Shown: positions 25,860 through 27,413 of the stretch, piece after piece
How the letters are laid out: each line of letters opens with the position of its first letter
Numbering within the stretch: position 1 is the stretch's first letter
Origin: a virus
Taxonomy: Duplodnaviria > Caudoviricetes
Length of the DNA stretch: 27,413 nt
Virus record (IMG/VR): IMGVR_UViG_3300030372_004711
Location: 1-27,413 of that record
Strand: one strand, 5' to 3'
Translations under genes and position numbers: made by a program
The notes under the pieces: model-generated
Databases searched by the model: none
Seen by the model: only the letters and a program-made list of their open reading frames with translations
Told to the model about the DNA's origin: nothing

Positions 25860-25891
25860 AAAAAATGGGTATAGATAAAAACCTATACCCA
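25860..25891 (-). terminator. Rho-independent terminator of the lysis cassette
   Basis: Minus strand TGGGTATAG-8 nt-CTATACCCA-T6. Confidence 0.7.
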
Positions 25892-25939
25892 AAAATATCT
25901 TGACAAAACAATGCACAGAAGGTGCCCAATTATTATAAC

Positions 25940-26287
25940 CTATGTGTTACTCGTTAATTTCTCTTTTATCCGTATTTCCTGAATTTGCTCTTTCAATGGT
26001 TCCAAAATCGCGAATAATTTTTTTTGGCCTCTTTCGAGTGCATGAATCCTTGTGCTGAATCCGCTTACCAGTTGATCACGATCTTTGTTGAGTTCACTGA
26101 TTACTTTTTCGAACCGACCACGGATCGCCTCTTCTTGATCTTTTGCTTCCTTGCGGATCTCCTTCATCTCATCCCGTTGCTCTTTGTTTGTTTTGCGTTG
26201 ATCCCAATATTGATACAAGAGAAAGCCAACGAAAGGCGCATTGGTTGCAAGGTCTAACCATATTTGTGTAACTGTTGATTGATCCAT
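25940..26287 (-). CDS. Putative holin (single TM plus coiled coil, BhlA/UviB-like architecture)
   Basis: N-terminal hydrophobic segment then charged coiled coil; GGAGG RBS; directly after lysin. Confidence 0.6.
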   Translation of the reverse strand: MDQSTVTQIWLDLATNAPFVGFLLYQYWDQRKTNKEQRDEMKEIRKEAKDQEEAIRGRFEKVISELNKDRDQLVSGFSTRIHALERGQKKLFAILEPLKEQIQEIRIKEKLTSNT

Positions 26288-26289
26288 GT

Positions 26290-26898
26290 CTAATCCTCCA
26301 AAAGAGTGTAACTGAATGTATCACCAATGCCCGCACCCACTTGCATCTCACACAAGGCAATAAACCGCGCAAAATCAGCGGGATGCACGAAAACTTGGCA
26401 ACCAGCTGAATAATACCGCGTAGAGGTAGCAAGAGAGCCATTATGAGTGCTTGCGGCACGATGAACGTTGATTCCAAAATACCCAGTATCCTCTTTTGTA
26501 TCACCGCCTATATCGCTGATTTTATCGCCTGTTTGGTCACGATATACGGTTACCTCGCCTTTGCGTTGACACAAAGCTAGGTACGAATTGCGGTGCAAAT
26601 CAAGGCAGTATACACCTCTATACTGACCGGCCTTGAGGATGGCAACGCCTTTTGAGTTTGATGGATTGAGGTGCTGTTCTGCGCTTGGGTCGGTTGTTGC
26701 TTGGTATGTCTCGTGTATCCACTCACCGCGCTCTCGATACACACAATGGATCTCATCATCAAATTTGCCCGCAATCCGATTGGGTGAACGTACGCCAATA
26801 ATGTTGAGATCATAATCTTTCTTCGTAAAAATTGCATAACCAAGATCCGCACATCGTTGCAAAATCGACGGCATATCTTTTGACTTCTTGTATTTCAT
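26290..26898 (-). CDS. Putative endolysin with L,D-transpeptidase-like His/Cys motif
   Basis: LNIIGVR, FDD, TTDP and GINVHRA...YSAGCQV; adjacent to holin-like gene; start may be 26898 or 26910. Confidence 0.65.
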   Translation of the reverse strand: MKYKKSKDMPSILQRCADLGYAIFTKKDYDLNIIGVRSPNRIAGKFDDEIHCVYRERGEWIHETYQATTDPSAEQHLNPSNSKGVAILKAGQYRGVYCLDLHRNSYLALCQRKGEVTVYRDQTGDKISDIGGDTKEDTGYFGINVHRAASTHNGSLATSTRYYSAGCQVFVHPADFARFIALCEMQVGAGIGDTFSYTLLED

Positions 26899-26913
26899 TT
26901 CAGATTCCAAAAC

Positions 26914-27413
26914 CTAGAATTGAGGAGGCACGCCCAGCACAATATTGCATGTGCGATCATTTAGATTATACCCTATTTCCAACACCATTGCCGGCCTTGC
27001 TACATACGTTTCACCGACCTGCGTATAGCTATCTCTGATGTATTGCGACGACAAAAGCACAAAATCACCGGCACACAATACTGCAAAACGAAGAGAAACC
27101 CGTAAAGATATTTTTGCCCAATTGTAAAAATCCCATATCGCCATTCGATCACGATCACCGATCCCCATATTCAGCTCATTCATACCGGCATCATAATAAA
27201 ACCCAAACTCACGTTCTTTGACACCCGCAACCGGCAACGAGTTTGTGAGACTGTTGGATCGCGCTGTCTTTGTGCCGGCTACATTGTACGCCATATTTAC
27301 CGCAACAAATACCGCCTTGAGTGCAGGATCAAAGAAGTCAATACCGTTGATGGATACAATATGCACATCACGAATATGCGCGGATAGTGCCGGCTTGCTT
27401 CCAAATGTACCGG
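26914..27413 (-). CDS. C-terminal part of a gene truncated by the window edge, possibly a tail protein
   Basis: Frame is open to the window end; position upstream of the lysis genes. Confidence 0.55.
   Translation of the reverse strand, partial: GTFGSKPALSAHIRDVHIVSINGIDFFDPALKAVFVAVNMAYNVAGTKTARSNSLTNSLPVAGVKEREFGFYYDAGMNELNMGIGDRDRMAIWDFYNWAKISLRVSLRFAVLCAGDFVLLSSQYIRDSYTQVGETYVARPAMVLEIGYNLNDRTCNIVLGVPPQF

Noticed and set aside
25900-25939. Plus-strand promoter at TTGACA antisense to the holin
   Set aside because: No -10 hexamer at 16-18 nt spacing
1-27413. Stop-codon reassignment
   Set aside because: Genes are intact and densely packed in code 11; TAA, TAG and TGA all end genes

Overview
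Large fragment of a tailed dsDNA phage (HK97-type head, siphovirus-like tail module). No integrase, tRNA or CRISPR array is visible. Minus strand, right to left: partial gene, lysis pair (L,D-transpeptidase-like lysin and holin), HTH replication initiator with internal iterons, small early genes, ParB-methyltransferase, terS, terL, a 1069-aa portal-[3 inserted domains]-MuF fusion, prohead protease, major capsid, neck genes, tail tube, chaperone pair and a truncated tape measure gene. Two plus-strand islands interrupt this: 9018-10782 (small genes, XRE HTH, Dam-family MTase) and 22987-25797 (DEDDh exonuclease and three fibre-like virion genes). The most unusual signal is non-coding. Small-gene cassettes scattered through the window share a sigma70 promoter overlapped by a palindromic operator (ATGATTATAHTATDWT) and a CAA-rich leader. 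One terminator hairpin (21322-21381) exposes a 27-nt loop antisense to the ribosome-binding/start regions of those genes. All calls come from reading motifs by eye; no database searches were run.
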